The notes: generated from the letters alone by a model not told the origin. A stretch of DNA of 64,000 bases from Candidatus Melainabacteria bacterium 17Bon1m (GCA_032128875.1 JAVLKG010000003.1:545008-609007); one strand, 5' to 3'; shown: positions 30,085 to 40,726, counted from the first letter of the stretch. Made by a program: numbers and translations.

Positions 30085-31017
30085 TTGAAAAGGCAACTTT
30101 TCTCTGTGTTACTTTCTTTTTGTTTTGTCGCCGGGAGCTCCGGTTTGGCAAAGGGGACATCGGAGGGCGCGAAGATAACAACTAAGCCGAAGCTGTTGGT
30201 GCCGACGCTTCCCCCTCCAACGGCTGATTGGCCTGAGGTCCCGCCATCAGCGAGTAGTCCTTCTGGCACTGGTCCAAGCTCTGCTGCAAGCCCAAACCCA
30301 GCTCAGAACCCCTCTGAGCCAGCGGCGACGACAACAACTCCTTCCTCTGAAGCGCCCGCAGCTGCTCCAACCAATGTTTCTCCGCCTGTTGTTTCGCCAA
30401 CGGGTTCGGAATTGCCTTCCAGTTCTAACATTGCTCCGCAAACCGATGCTGCTGCCGTTTCACCTCCGGCAGTCGAACAGTCTCCAGCGCAAATGGAGCC
30501 GCACAAACGGCCAGTCCCGGCTGCCTATGCGGCGGCTGCGGAATTATACAAACAGAAAAAGTTTCCTCAGGCGGCAAAGGCATTTGAAGCGATCATCCAG
30601 TCTGGCGTCGCCAACGTTGATACCCACTTGTCTCTGGCGTATTGCTATCTGCTTCAGCGCCTGTATTCTAAGGCGGTCAAAGAATTTGAATGGGTGGCGA
30701 AGTACGGCAAGAACAGCATGACTTTGCAAAGGCAGTGTGGTCAAACGGCGAGTTCGCTGCGTACATATATGGCCGGCGTCTGCCCTGCGCCATGCCTGAA
30801 AGCGAACGATCCGCGTTGGTTTCTTAAGCCTGACGGAAAGCACTGGATCTCTGTTAGTTATTCTAGAAAAGCGACCTGGATTTTTAGCGAAAATCATATC
30901 GGCGAGTATGTTGCCAACGAAAATGGGATTCCCGTTCTTAAAGGCACTTGCCCCGTATGTGGTGGCACTGGTCGTGTGAAAATATTGAAAGACGGCGATC
31001 CCGCACCGAGGATTTAG
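30085..31017 (+). CDS. Exported P/A/S/T-rich protein with TPR and Cys-motif domain, paralog B
   Basis: AAGGAG RBS, TTG start, EPHKRPVP, TPR pair, CPAPC...CPVCGG. Confidence 0.8.
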   Translation: MKRQLFSVLLSFCFVAGSSGLAKGTSEGAKITTKPKLLVPTLPPPTADWPEVPPSASSPSGTGPSSAASPNPAQNPSEPAATTTTPSSEAPAAAPTNVSPPVVSPTGSELPSSSNIAPQTDAAAVSPPAVEQSPAQMEPHKRPVPAAYAAAAELYKQKKFPQAAKAFEAIIQSGVANVDTHLSLAYCYLLQRLYSKAVKEFEWVAKYGKNSMTLQRQCGQTASSLRTYMAGVCPAPCLKANDPRWFLKPDGKHWISVSYSRKATWIFSENHIGEYVANENGIPVLKGTCPVCGGTGRVKILKDGDPAPRI

Positions 31018-31037
31018 CGGTTACAGTTGAGGATAAT

Positions 31038-32366
31038 ATGAAAAGCGAAACTGTTAAAAAGAAATCCGTCCAGAGAATACCCGGACTTGTATTGATTGGT
31101 CACTATTTCGAAGTACCGCTCGATTACGAAAAACCTTCTGGAAAAAAGATCACAGTTTTCGCGCGTGAAGTTCGTTCAACCGAAAATGCTGAGAAAGACG
31201 ACATGCCCTTTCTAGTGTATTTGCAGGGCGGGCCGGGCTTTCAATCTCCTCGCCCTGAAAGCAATGGCGGCTGGCTGAAACGCGCACTCAAAGACTATCG
31301 CGTTCTTCTATTAGATCAGCGAGGAACAGGTTTGAGCACCCCGGTTACGCATCAAACGATGAAAGGGTTTGGTGATGTTTCTGCCCAAGTGGAATACCTG
31401 AAAAATTTTCGTGCCGACAACATCGTGCGCGACTGTGAGTATATTCGCAAATCACTAAATCATGGAAAAAAGTGGTCGGTGCTCGGACAGAGCTATGGCG
31501 GCTTTTGCATTACAACGTATTTGTCGATGCATCCGGAAGGGCTTGAAGGCGCTATCTTGACGGGTGGATTTGCTCCGCTTGTGGATGATCCCGATGAAGT
31601 TTATCGCGCATGCTACACGAGACTAATCGAAAAGAATGAGCAGTTTTATGAGCGCTTCCCGGAAGATGCAGAAATTGTTTCGCGCATAGTAAAACATCTG
31701 CAATCAAATGATGTTCAATTGCCGTGCGGGGAAACGCTCACACCAAGGCGTTTTCTGGAGCTCGGGATTAACTTTGGATTTAAGTGTTCGGGTCATTCGA
31801 TGAACACGATCCACTATCTTCTGGAAAGTGCCTTTGTTCCAAATACGACATTTGAAACTCTGTCGTTCGCGTTCTTACGCGGGATTGAGAATTTGATGGA
31901 TTTCAACACTAATCCTATTTATTCACTTTTGCATGAAGCCATCTACTGTCAGGGGCATGCCTCTCATTGGTCCGCAGACCGCATAATCAAAGAGTTTCCG
32001 CAGTTTGACATGAATTCGAGCAAGAACAGTCAAATCTTCTTTACTGGCGAAATGATTTATCCGTGGATGTTCGACGAGTACAACTGTTTGAAGCAGTTTA
32101 AAGAAGTGGCGGAACAGTTGGCGACGTATTCTGATTGGCCTGCGCTCTACGATATTGAAGCGCTTAAGTCTTGTACCGTTCCATGCGTTGGAACTATCTA
32201 TCATAACGACCTCTATGTTGACCGCGTGATGGCGGAGGAAACTGCGAAGACAATTCGTGGGTGCAAGTATTGGTTGACTAATGAGTTTGAGCACGATGGG
32301 CTCAGAGAGGAAGGCGAGAAAGTTCTAGATCGCTTACTCGCTTTACTCCATGGGTCATGTGACTAA
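31038..32366 (+). CDS. Proline iminopeptidase (alpha/beta hydrolase, S33)
   Basis: YLQGGPG, LDQRGTGLS, GQSYGG nucleophile, D.YV, EFEHDGLR. Confidence 0.92.
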   Translation: MKSETVKKKSVQRIPGLVLIGHYFEVPLDYEKPSGKKITVFAREVRSTENAEKDDMPFLVYLQGGPGFQSPRPESNGGWLKRALKDYRVLLLDQRGTGLSTPVTHQTMKGFGDVSAQVEYLKNFRADNIVRDCEYIRKSLNHGKKWSVLGQSYGGFCITTYLSMHPEGLEGAILTGGFAPLVDDPDEVYRACYTRLIEKNEQFYERFPEDAEIVSRIVKHLQSNDVQLPCGETLTPRRFLELGINFGFKCSGHSMNTIHYLLESAFVPNTTFETLSFAFLRGIENLMDFNTNPIYSLLHEAIYCQGHASHWSADRIIKEFPQFDMNSSKNSQIFFTGEMIYPWMFDEYNCLKQFKEVAEQLATYSDWPALYDIEALKSCTVPCVGTIYHNDLYVDRVMAEETAKTIRGCKYWLTNEFEHDGLREEGEKVLDRLLALLHGSCD

Positions 32367-32471
32367 AGAAAGCGAAGTGATAACTGAGGCTATTGAACCT
32401 TCTTAACCGTTTGGAACATCCAGCCGCTGAAACGGTCATATCACTGGATTGTCATCAAAGGGGTAAGGGGT

Positions 32472-32909
32472 ATGGTACGCGCTCTCTTAAATGGTCTGGT
32501 TGGTTCGTTGGCGCTTACGGCGGCTCATCAATTGCTTCGTCGCTTTGTTTCAGATGCGCCGCGATTGGATAATCTTGGTATGGAAAGCATTGAGAAAGTC
32601 TATGCCGCAGTTGGCAAAGAGCCGCCCAGTGACGGTGTTTTATTTAAGAACGCGTTAGTAAGCGACATTGTTGGAAACGCGCTTTTCTATAGTCAGGTGG
32701 GCTCGCGGGGCGGTGCTGGCACTATAGCAAAAGGCGTTTCGCTCGGGTTGACCATGGGCGCTGGTGCTTCAACGTTACCGGCTCTTTTGGGAATGAGTAA
32801 AGACAATAGTCAGAAAAGTACGAGGCAGGCGGCGATGACGATTGGGCTTTATGTTCTGGGAGGAATTGCGGCAGCATGCGCTGCACAATGTTGTTCTAAG
32901 TCAGAATAG
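32472..32909 (+). CDS. Hypothetical membrane protein
   Basis: Hydrophobic segments, APRLD.LG motif, purine-rich RBS. Confidence 0.75.
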   Translation: MVRALLNGLVGSLALTAAHQLLRRFVSDAPRLDNLGMESIEKVYAAVGKEPPSDGVLFKNALVSDIVGNALFYSQVGSRGGAGTIAKGVSLGLTMGAGASTLPALLGMSKDNSQKSTRQAAMTIGLYVLGGIAAACAAQCCSKSE

Positions 32910-33029
32910 TTGTGGATTTGTATAAGACGTCAGAATGAAAGAACGGTGCGTGCAATTGCGGGCACCGGATATGGTGAACAAGAATGTGTGCGGCAAAGAT
33001 GCCAGCGGCAAAGATGCCTGCGTTCTGAC

Positions 33030-34631
33030 CTAGTCTAGCGGTCCTAAAACAGACTCCACTTTCTCGAGCAATTGGTTGTTCTCGATCAGTTTTTCTGCCT
33101 TATCTATATCGATGTGCACTTCTCTGTCTTCATCCATGTGCGGTATGTTTTCGCGTACAAGTTTGTATGCCGCATCAACACCGCGCCCTGGTGCGAGCCC
33201 GATCGACTGTTGGTCGCATGTTTCGTGAGTGATGGCGTCTCCGCAATTGCCAATCCGGAAGTCGATGCCTTGACACGCGCAGACGAGTTCGATCGCGAGC
33301 GATTTGCGAACGTTTTCCAAAATAGTGCGCGCTTTGCGTGCTGCAATAGAGCCCATTGAGACGTGGTCTTCCTGGTTTGCGTTGGTCGTAATGGAATCAA
33401 CGCTGGCCGGGTGAGCGAGTACTTTGTTTTCAGAAACGAGCGCAGCAGAGGTGTACTGCGAAATCATCAATCCTGAATTGAGACCGCCCTTGTGCGTGAG
33501 GAATGGCGGCAGTCCGTCCGACAACGCAGGGTTAAGCAAACGTTCGACGCGACGCTCGGAGATATTCGCGAGTTCTGCGATGGCAATCGCCATGTAATCC
33601 ATTGCCAGCGCAAGCGGCTGTCCATGGAAGTTTCCACCGGAAAGCGCGTAGCCATCGAACACGAGCGGATTGTCTGTCGCCGAGTTGATTTCTATTTCCA
33701 AAACCTGCCGCACATGCTCGAATGCCTGGCGCGAAGCGCCATGGACTTGCGGCATGCAGCGCAGCGAATATGCGTCTTGAACACGTGTACAGCCGGTGTG
33801 GCTTTTGATGAGTTCGCTCTCGGCGAGCAGTCTGCGCAAATTGGCTGCTGCTTTCGCTTGGCCGCGATGAGGGCGGACTTGCTGGATTACGTCTGCGAAA
33901 GGTTTTTCTGACCCGAGATGCGCTTCCAGAGACATTGCGCCGATGATATCGGCAACTTTTGCCAGTCTTTCCGCTTGGAGCAGGGTGAGGGTTCCGACAG
34001 CCGACATCATTTGGGTGCCGTTAATGAGGGCTAGTCCTTCCTTTGCAGAAAGTTCGATAGCGGTCAATTTAGCTTTCTTAAGTGCGTCGGCGCCCGACAT
34101 GCGCTTTCCTTCGAAAATGGCTTCGCCCTCACCGATGAGGACAAGAGCTAAATGCGACAGGGGCGCAAGGTCTCCCGACGCTCCGAGTGAACCTTTTTCC
34201 GGAACAATCGGATGAACGCCTCGATTGAGCATGTCCAGCAAGAGGTCGACGACCTCGATTCGGATTCCAGAATATCCCTTGGCGAGCGCGTTTGCCCGCA
34301 AAAGCATGATGGCGCGGACAGTCGGCTCGTCGAAAGACGGCCCGACGCCGGCGGCGTGGCTCAGAAGGAGGTTGCGCTGCAGTTGCGACGCGTCCTCTTT
34401 CTTGATGACTACATCCTTAAATTTGCCAAAGCCGGTTGTGATGCCATAAACCACAGCACCTTCGTGGAGAAACTTCTCGACGACTGCGCGGCTCTTGGAA
34501 AGCTGCTCTGTTGCCATCGCTGAAAGCTTAACAGTGGCAGTGCCGCGCGCGACTCGCTCGACGTCCTCCAGGGTCAGTCTGTGACCATCTATCTGCAGGG
34601 TGGAGGAGGATTTTGTTGTTGTTGTGACCAT
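33030..34631 (-). CDS. hutH: Histidine ammonia-lyase
   Basis: YGITTGFG, LLLSH (HAL specificity), MIO motif GASGDLAPL, QDAYSLRC, NQEDHVSMG. Confidence 0.95.
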   Translation of the reverse strand: MVTTTTKSSSTLQIDGHRLTLEDVERVARGTATVKLSAMATEQLSKSRAVVEKFLHEGAVVYGITTGFGKFKDVVIKKEDASQLQRNLLLSHAAGVGPSFDEPTVRAIMLLRANALAKGYSGIRIEVVDLLLDMLNRGVHPIVPEKGSLGASGDLAPLSHLALVLIGEGEAIFEGKRMSGADALKKAKLTAIELSAKEGLALINGTQMMSAVGTLTLLQAERLAKVADIIGAMSLEAHLGSEKPFADVIQQVRPHRGQAKAAANLRRLLAESELIKSHTGCTRVQDAYSLRCMPQVHGASRQAFEHVRQVLEIEINSATDNPLVFDGYALSGGNFHGQPLALAMDYMAIAIAELANISERRVERLLNPALSDGLPPFLTHKGGLNSGLMISQYTSAALVSENKVLAHPASVDSITTNANQEDHVSMGSIAARKARTILENVRKSLAIELVCACQGIDFRIGNCGDAITHETCDQQSIGLAPGRGVDAAYKLVRENIPHMDEDREVHIDIDKAEKLIENNQLLEKVESVLGPLD

Positions 34632-35048
34632 GCTTTGGGTGTCCTAAAGACGTTTGCGAGAAGTTTATAGATTCGTTCGAGAGTCCTTCAGCCTTGGCTG
34701 GCGCATGAGTTGCGCCCCGGCGAACCGGCACGAAAAACGTTCTATGAATGTTACCAGCCCAAAACAACATACAAGGATTTGCTAATTATCGCTGAATCTT
34801 GAGGGACTTCTTGGCATCGGAACAAAACCAGACTGTTAACGTCTTTCAACGTTTACATTCGCTTTCATGAGTCCAGTCCGAATGACCTTATCGGTTTTTG
34901 GAAGTTTTTGAGGGCAAAAGCTAGTGAAAATCAGGGTTTGTGGCACCTAGCCGCATGGTAAGATGAAGGTGCAAAAGTTGTCAAAGCTTTGGTTCGCCAA
35001 TCTCTTTAGTGTCCGCGGGGTTGCCCTTTTCCGGTTTCCCAATTCGAA

Positions 35049-36794
35049 GTGAAAAAGCAAGGTATGACCAGGTCAAACGCCAGTAAATCAAAGGGGAGAA
35101 TGTCTTCGCGCGTCTCTGCTTTGGCGTTTGTGGCTTTGAGCGTTTTTTTAATGGCTCCAGCTTCCTTCGCTGTGGCAGACAATGACGGGAATCTGCTCAA
35201 GCTGGAAGAGAAATTTTTCCAACATACCTATCCGAAAGAGAGTATCGATGCGCGCTTAGACCGTATCGAGAAGATGGTTTTTGGTGAGGCGAAGGACGGC
35301 GATGACGCCGCCCGCTTGTCTGCTCTCGTCCAGGCCGTGCCCAACCTAAATAGTGTTTCTGACTCCGCACCAGCACAAACTGCCAGAAGCGGTGGTTCAT
35401 CTTCAGGCGGCTCGTCAGGTGGAAGCTCAGGTGGCGGACGGCAACCAGCCTCCACACAAGTAGCTGAAGAAGAAGAGTCCGAACCAGCGCCCATCGGGAA
35501 TTACCCAGCGGTTGACGCGATTGAGCGGAAGGCTTTTAACGGGAAAACATACAGCCAAGAACCAGTAAATCAGCGTTTGGCACGCCTCGAAACAAAGTAT
35601 TTCGGTAAGCCATCGAGTAGCACCGACCTGACTGACCGGACCGACAGACTAAAGGCACAGTCTGGAATCGACATTACTAAGAACGCTCCTTTGAATGCCG
35701 ACTGGGCTGACGAGGACGATGACGAGCCTACAAATATTGCGCCACCACAGCCGGTGGCGCGTCGCAATGCAGACAAAGAGTCTTTCAGTGGAAGAAATCT
35801 CGCTGATGACTTCCGCAAGCAAGGATTGATTCCTAAGACCAGCATGGGCGGAAGCGGCATGTATGGCGGCATGGGAAGCAGCGGCACGACAGGCAGTCGA
35901 ATGGGTGCGGGTTCGGGATCGTATGGGGGTGGCTCATACGGTGGTGGCTCATATGGTGGGTCGTCCAGCGGCTCGTATGGAATGGGCAGCGGCGCCGGTA
36001 CTTATGGTGGTCGTTCTACGCCTGCACCGCGTGCAAGACCTCCAATCACCTCGCAAGATTTTGAAGATGATGACGACGATGAGTTGCCACCTCCGAGAAC
36101 TGCGATGGCTTCACCTCGGACTGCACCTGACATTCGCACATCTACTCCACGCGCGCAGGGCATGGGCCTGAACTCTCAAGTCACGCTCATGGAAAACGAA
36201 GTTTTCAACAAGACCTTCCCGAAGGATCCTCTGCCCACGCGCTTACATAGACTGGAACAGTCTCTTTTCCCTGCGGAAAAACCATGGACTGACAAATCAT
36301 TGCCTGACCGCGTCAATCGTTTGGCAAGCGTAATTCAAGTCTCTCCTGGCGGCAGCGCCGGGTCATCACAGCGAGTCGCCCAAAGTCCGCAGCCAGCGCC
36401 GAGTTACAACGACGATGACGGCTACCCGCCGACAGCGCCTAGCATGAGACGCAAGAGTGGCGGACTCGGTAAGATTATCAATTCAATCGGAAACATGATT
36501 GGCGGAGGCTTTGTAGGCGGTTATCCGATGCAGTCCGGCAGCGTGGTCACGGATCCGCGTACTGGTCTTTTACTGGACACGGTGACTGGCAACCTCATAG
36601 ACCCAGCCACCGGCATGGTTGTGCGGCAGTCTGCTCCGAGATATGGCACCGGATATGGTAGCGGTGTCGGCACGTTTGGAAGTGGATTTTCCACAGGTGG
36701 TTTTGGAATCGGAACAGGCGGTGTTCGATTCGGCGGCGGCGGCATGGGAATGCCGATGGGCGGCTATGGCTTCGGTGGGGGCATGTGGCCTTAA
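35049..36794 (+). CDS. Exported protein with three helical repeat modules and Gly-rich linkers
   Basis: Signal peptide; recurring E...F...[YF]..[ED]....RL.R[LI]E...F module; start could be 35049-35100. Confidence 0.85.
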   Translation: MKKQGMTRSNASKSKGRMSSRVSALAFVALSVFLMAPASFAVADNDGNLLKLEEKFFQHTYPKESIDARLDRIEKMVFGEAKDGDDAARLSALVQAVPNLNSVSDSAPAQTARSGGSSSGGSSGGSSGGGRQPASTQVAEEEESEPAPIGNYPAVDAIERKAFNGKTYSQEPVNQRLARLETKYFGKPSSSTDLTDRTDRLKAQSGIDITKNAPLNADWADEDDDEPTNIAPPQPVARRNADKESFSGRNLADDFRKQGLIPKTSMGGSGMYGGMGSSGTTGSRMGAGSGSYGGGSYGGGSYGGSSSGSYGMGSGAGTYGGRSTPAPRARPPITSQDFEDDDDDELPPPRTAMASPRTAPDIRTSTPRAQGMGLNSQVTLMENEVFNKTFPKDPLPTRLHRLEQSLFPAEKPWTDKSLPDRVNRLASVIQVSPGGSAGSSQRVAQSPQPAPSYNDDDGYPPTAPSMRRKSGGLGKIINSIGNMIGGGFVGGYPMQSGSVVTDPRTGLLLDTVTGNLIDPATGMVVRQSAPRYGTGYGSGVGTFGSGFSTGGFGIGTGGVRFGGGGMGMPMGGYGFGGGMWP

Positions 36795-36820
36795 CCACAT
36801 CCGAAAGTTAGAGGTTTTGC

Positions 36821-37720
36821 GTGATTCTCGTTCTTGGCGGTTCTGGTTTGCTTGGAAGCGCTATCTTGAGGCACTTGCATCGGCAGAGATATCCGGCAAG
36901 AGTGTTGACCCGCGGAATGGGGGATTGGAGAAGTTCCAATATCCCCAATTTGAAACAGCAGGGTACCGAAGTTGTCGTCGGCGAAATGACCGACCCCGCT
37001 GTTCTTGCTAGAGCGATAAGTGGTTGCACTGCGGTAATTCATGCGGGAGGCAGCTTCTTCCAATCAAATGCGCAAACGATGAAATCAGAGCATCTCGATG
37101 TAGTCGGTGAACTTGCGCGCATTGCAGAGTCGGGCGGCGTCCAGCGATTTATTCATGTGAGCTGCTTGGGTGCATCCGAACATTCATCCAGCACTATGAT
37201 GCAATACAAATGGGAAAGCGAACAAGTAATCAAAGACACTCGCTTCTACTGGACGATTGTGCGTCCTTCTTACTTCTTCGGAACATCTTTTCCTTTTCTC
37301 AATGCTTTGTTGCCTGTGCTTAAGCTCAAGCCGGTGATACCGATACCAGGAGCAGGGCTTTGTGAATTAGAGCCGGTCTTTGTTGACGACGTGGCAAACG
37401 TCATCGTGCAAAGTCTTTACAACCGGGGCTCAGTAAGCAAAACCTATGAAATCGGCGGACCCGTCACCTACACGCTGCTCGAATTTATTGAATTGGTTAA
37501 GGAGTACATGAAAATCAAGACCGCGATCATGCATATTCCGACAGACAGCGCTGACAAGACCGCGAAAGTTTTTGGCAAGATCGTCAAGAACGTTCACACA
37601 GATTTGATCGGATTGATGTCCGTAGATTCGATATGCAAAAACGAAGAACAGGAGCTGCCTGTCGAATTGTCAGGAATGACTCTTGAAGAGCATCTAGGGA
37701 CAATTATTCAAAATCTTTAG
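36821..37720 (+). CDS. NAD(P)-binding atypical SDR (NDUFA9-like/epimerase)
   Basis: VLGGSGLLG, RFIHVSCLG, WTIVRPS, PVFVDDVA. Confidence 0.88.
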   Translation: MILVLGGSGLLGSAILRHLHRQRYPARVLTRGMGDWRSSNIPNLKQQGTEVVVGEMTDPAVLARAISGCTAVIHAGGSFFQSNAQTMKSEHLDVVGELARIAESGGVQRFIHVSCLGASEHSSSTMMQYKWESEQVIKDTRFYWTIVRPSYFFGTSFPFLNALLPVLKLKPVIPIPGAGLCELEPVFVDDVANVIVQSLYNRGSVSKTYEIGGPVTYTLLEFIELVKEYMKIKTAIMHIPTDSADKTAKVFGKIVKNVHTDLIGLMSVDSICKNEEQELPVELSGMTLEEHLGTIIQNL

Positions 37721-37839
37721 TCTTTGGCGAAGCAACCCAAGCAATGCATAAGGCAGCGCCGGGCGGAATATGCTAACTTTAGGTGTTCTATTAATTTCCA
37801 AGTATTTGGAATACCAAGGCAGCGCGTGAGGGCTTACAG

Positions 37840-38184
37840 ATGATCAGACTCGGCAAACCAGTACAGTTGCTTGAGTGGGGGCAAGGCACAAATACGACCA
37901 ATCAAGTTTGGACGAAATTCGCCGAAGGCACTATAGAAGGCAAGCCGCGCACGGTCGACGGAGTAACAACTGCGATTATTGCTATAAGTGGCAAGCTTCA
38001 GAAGAATAACGGTGGCGATGACCACGTGAAGATAATGCAGCAAGGCGAAGGCATGACGCCGGCATCACAGAAGTGGGGCGAAGTCGCGATGGGCACGCTC
38101 AGCAATGTTGATGAGAGCGGCGGCAAAACACTGGTTCACATCGCACTGAAAGGCGCTATCAAAGTCGGACGCCTGGTGCAGTAA
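37840..38184 (+). CDS. Small hypothetical protein
   Basis: GAGG RBS, 114-aa ORF filling the gap between genes. Confidence 0.7.
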   Translation: MIRLGKPVQLLEWGQGTNTTNQVWTKFAEGTIEGKPRTVDGVTTAIIAISGKLQKNNGGDDHVKIMQQGEGMTPASQKWGEVAMGTLSNVDESGGKTLVHIALKGAIKVGRLVQ

Positions 38185-38193
38185 AATCGATAC

Positions 38194-38862
38194 TTACTTC
38201 AAATAAGATTTTGACAGGGAGACGCTCGGCGTCTCCTTTGTTTTTTCTTCTTTCTCGACGTACTGCTTTAGCTGTTTGACGATTTCATTTTGAACGAACT
38301 TGAGAAAGAAGGCCACCATAGACGGTGGCACCATGGCGCCTGCGTCAACGTGCAAAGTGTAGGTCAACTTTGTCTTGCCGCCGCCTTGTGCAGCGAGTTC
38401 CCACGAGCCATCAACGTGCTTGAAATTGCCGTCGAGTTGTTTCCAGTTGATGCGATGTGGGCTGTCGGCGATGTTTGTAACAGTGTGCTGGACCGCGTTT
38501 TTAACAAACATCTGCGGCTTTAGGTACGTTTCTACGTAGATTAGGTCACCATCACGCTTGATGATTTCAGAGGTCTTTATGCGTTTAAATATCCGTGGGT
38601 AATTTTCGAACTTGACTAGTGCGTTCCAAACATTCGTCGGCGTCGAGGCGATCATAATGTCGACTGCCGACTCCGCCATCCCTTTGGGCAGCTTCTTACC
38701 TGGTTCATAGACCGGAATTTGCTCGTTTGTTACAGTTGTTTCGTCAGCTTTGGTTTTCTGCTTACCGAATGAAGCGGGAGCACATATAGGCGAAGACAAA
38801 AGCAAGGCAGCACAGAGGCTTACGCCAAGCCATGAGGTGAGAAGGGCTCGCTTTATTTTCAC
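38194..38862 (-). CDS. Exported SRPBCC/cyclase-dehydrase family protein
   Basis: VWNALVKFENYP, GNFKHVDGSWEL, TKLTYTL. Confidence 0.85.
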   Translation of the reverse strand: MKIKRALLTSWLGVSLCAALLLSSPICAPASFGKQKTKADETTVTNEQIPVYEPGKKLPKGMAESAVDIMIASTPTNVWNALVKFENYPRIFKRIKTSEIIKRDGDLIYVETYLKPQMFVKNAVQHTVTNIADSPHRINWKQLDGNFKHVDGSWELAAQGGGKTKLTYTLHVDAGAMVPPSMVAFFLKFVQNEIVKQLKQYVEKEEKTKETPSVSLSKSYLK

Positions 38863-38881
38863 CGGAATCTCCGAGCAGACA

Positions 38882-40528
38882 CTACAGTCTATACCACGAA
38901 GTGAAAATGCTCATGTCGTTGACTCTGCCTATTTTTCCAGTTAAGACTTGTGCTTTGCCTAATCCGCAGCGGTCTTGAACTCTGCCAAGTGGATCGATTA
39001 TTGCGGAAGGTCCGGTGTTCGCGGCAAAGACGACATAACGGCGATTTTCAACAGCGCGCATAACAGAAGTGGCGATCATTTGTTCGCCAATTAATGAATC
39101 GTGAAACCATGCTAAGTCGCTGATATTCACCAATACTTGAGCCCCTTCCCTAACCGTGGAAGCCACCTCTTCTGGCGAAATGATTTCGAAGCAGATCAGC
39201 GGCCCAACTCTTGCTGTTGCGAAGTCGAACACCTCTGGTTTGTTACCTGCGTTGAAACCGCCGCCAGCCGGAGTGTTTGTCATGCGGCGCGCCCATTCGG
39301 GAAGCAATTGAAGAAAGGGTGGTGCGTATTCACCGACTGGCACAAGATAGCGTTTGTGGTAAATGTTGTCGACAATCTTGCCACTACTAGTGATGCCATA
39401 AGCAGAATTGTACGGCTTGCCATTTTGATCTTTATCCATCGCTCCGACGACAATGTCGGTGCCTCTCTTCGATGCCAGGTCTTTGAGATTCTGCTGCGTT
39501 CCTCTTTCCATACAAAGGTAGGTAGGTAGCGCACTTTCAGTCCAAACAGAAAGTCCTTTCGGCGCAGACATCATCAAGTCTCTATGAATGCGGAAAAGAT
39601 CTTCAATGCCATAACGCACCGTCGTCTTTTGCATGTCGATATTGATATTCTGTTGAACAACTGAGACCGGAATATCAGCTTTGAAGTTTAGAGTTGAAGA
39701 TTGGTAGAAACCGAAAGCAAGAAGTCCGGTGAGCAGCACAGCCATTGCAAAACATTGATAAACAGCCGCTGTTCGGGAAGGCGCTTGCAGCGAAGCTACA
39801 CCTTTCAATTTCGAGAAGTTCGCAATTAGCGTGGCAAAAACTGTGTTGCACATCACCATGACATAGGATAATCCGATACCGCCGATGATACTAGCGATTT
39901 GGATGAGCGAGATTTGTTTGTACTGCGTGTATTCGAGCATGGCAAATGGCACGCCCAGTGCTATATGTGCGTTGCCGAGCTTGTTGACGATAAGTATCCA
40001 GAGCAAGGGAAGTATTAAAAACGCAGGCAACTTAATGCGTTTTTTTGAGCCTTCTGGGACGAACTGACCAGTCGTCGGAACAAGATATGCGACGGCTGAG
40101 AAAAGCCCGATGATCAGTCCTTGATGAACTGAAATGACCAGCAATGCCAAGCAGGCCAACAGCCATCCTTGCCATTGGTTGAATCCTAGCCAATCTAAGG
40201 GCTGAAGCCCAAGGTACCAATTTTGGTAAACCATGTTGTAGGCGGTGCCGAAGGCAGTACCGCGAAGAAAGGCTTGCAGTATGCTCTTGCTTGATGCTGT
40301 AAGGAGCAGAAGCGGCGCCAGTGCGAACCATGCAAGGAAGGAAAGGGACAGCGGGTGACCGACGCCCGGTGGTGCAGGAATCATAATTCCTGGTGCGGAG
40401 AGTCCAAGGATTGCTCCGCCCAACAACGCCCAACCCAAGTTAGAAGGCCAGCTGAATTTGAATTGCGGCTTCTTGGATTTGCCTTTGGCTTCTTTTTTTG
40501 ATTGACGCTTCTCTGCCGTTTTCGTCAT
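38882..40528 (-). CDS. lnt: Apolipoprotein N-acyltransferase
   Basis: TM N-terminus; nitrilase triad WTESA, YHKRYLVPVGEY, ICFE; ANTGPS. Confidence 0.93.
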   Translation of the reverse strand: MTKTAEKRQSKKEAKGKSKKPQFKFSWPSNLGWALLGGAILGLSAPGIMIPAPPGVGHPLSLSFLAWFALAPLLLLTASSKSILQAFLRGTAFGTAYNMVYQNWYLGLQPLDWLGFNQWQGWLLACLALLVISVHQGLIIGLFSAVAYLVPTTGQFVPEGSKKRIKLPAFLILPLLWILIVNKLGNAHIALGVPFAMLEYTQYKQISLIQIASIIGGIGLSYVMVMCNTVFATLIANFSKLKGVASLQAPSRTAAVYQCFAMAVLLTGLLAFGFYQSSTLNFKADIPVSVVQQNINIDMQKTTVRYGIEDLFRIHRDLMMSAPKGLSVWTESALPTYLCMERGTQQNLKDLASKRGTDIVVGAMDKDQNGKPYNSAYGITSSGKIVDNIYHKRYLVPVGEYAPPFLQLLPEWARRMTNTPAGGGFNAGNKPEVFDFATARVGPLICFEIISPEEVASTVREGAQVLVNISDLAWFHDSLIGEQMIATSVMRAVENRRYVVFAANTGPSAIIDPLGRVQDRCGLGKAQVLTGKIGRVNDMSIFTSWYRL

Positions 40529-40648
40529 CCACTTAGTAATCGATGTTTCCAGCCGATTTCATTATAGATACTTTGGCGCACCCAAACCGTAAATTGTGTG
40601 CAGTTACGACTAGTGCCGCTTTCCCCAACAAATTTCCCCAACAAATTT

Positions 40649-40675
40649 CAAAGGGAGCGTTTATCGCTCCCTTTG
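40649..40675 (-). terminator. Hairpin downstream of recA
   Basis: Perfect 11-bp stem CAAAGGGAGCG/CGCTCCCTTTG. Confidence 0.7.
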
Positions 40676-40726
40676 GATTGAACTGTTCGGCTGTAAGCCA
40701 AATGTTTTCGAGTTATGCGCCCGCGA

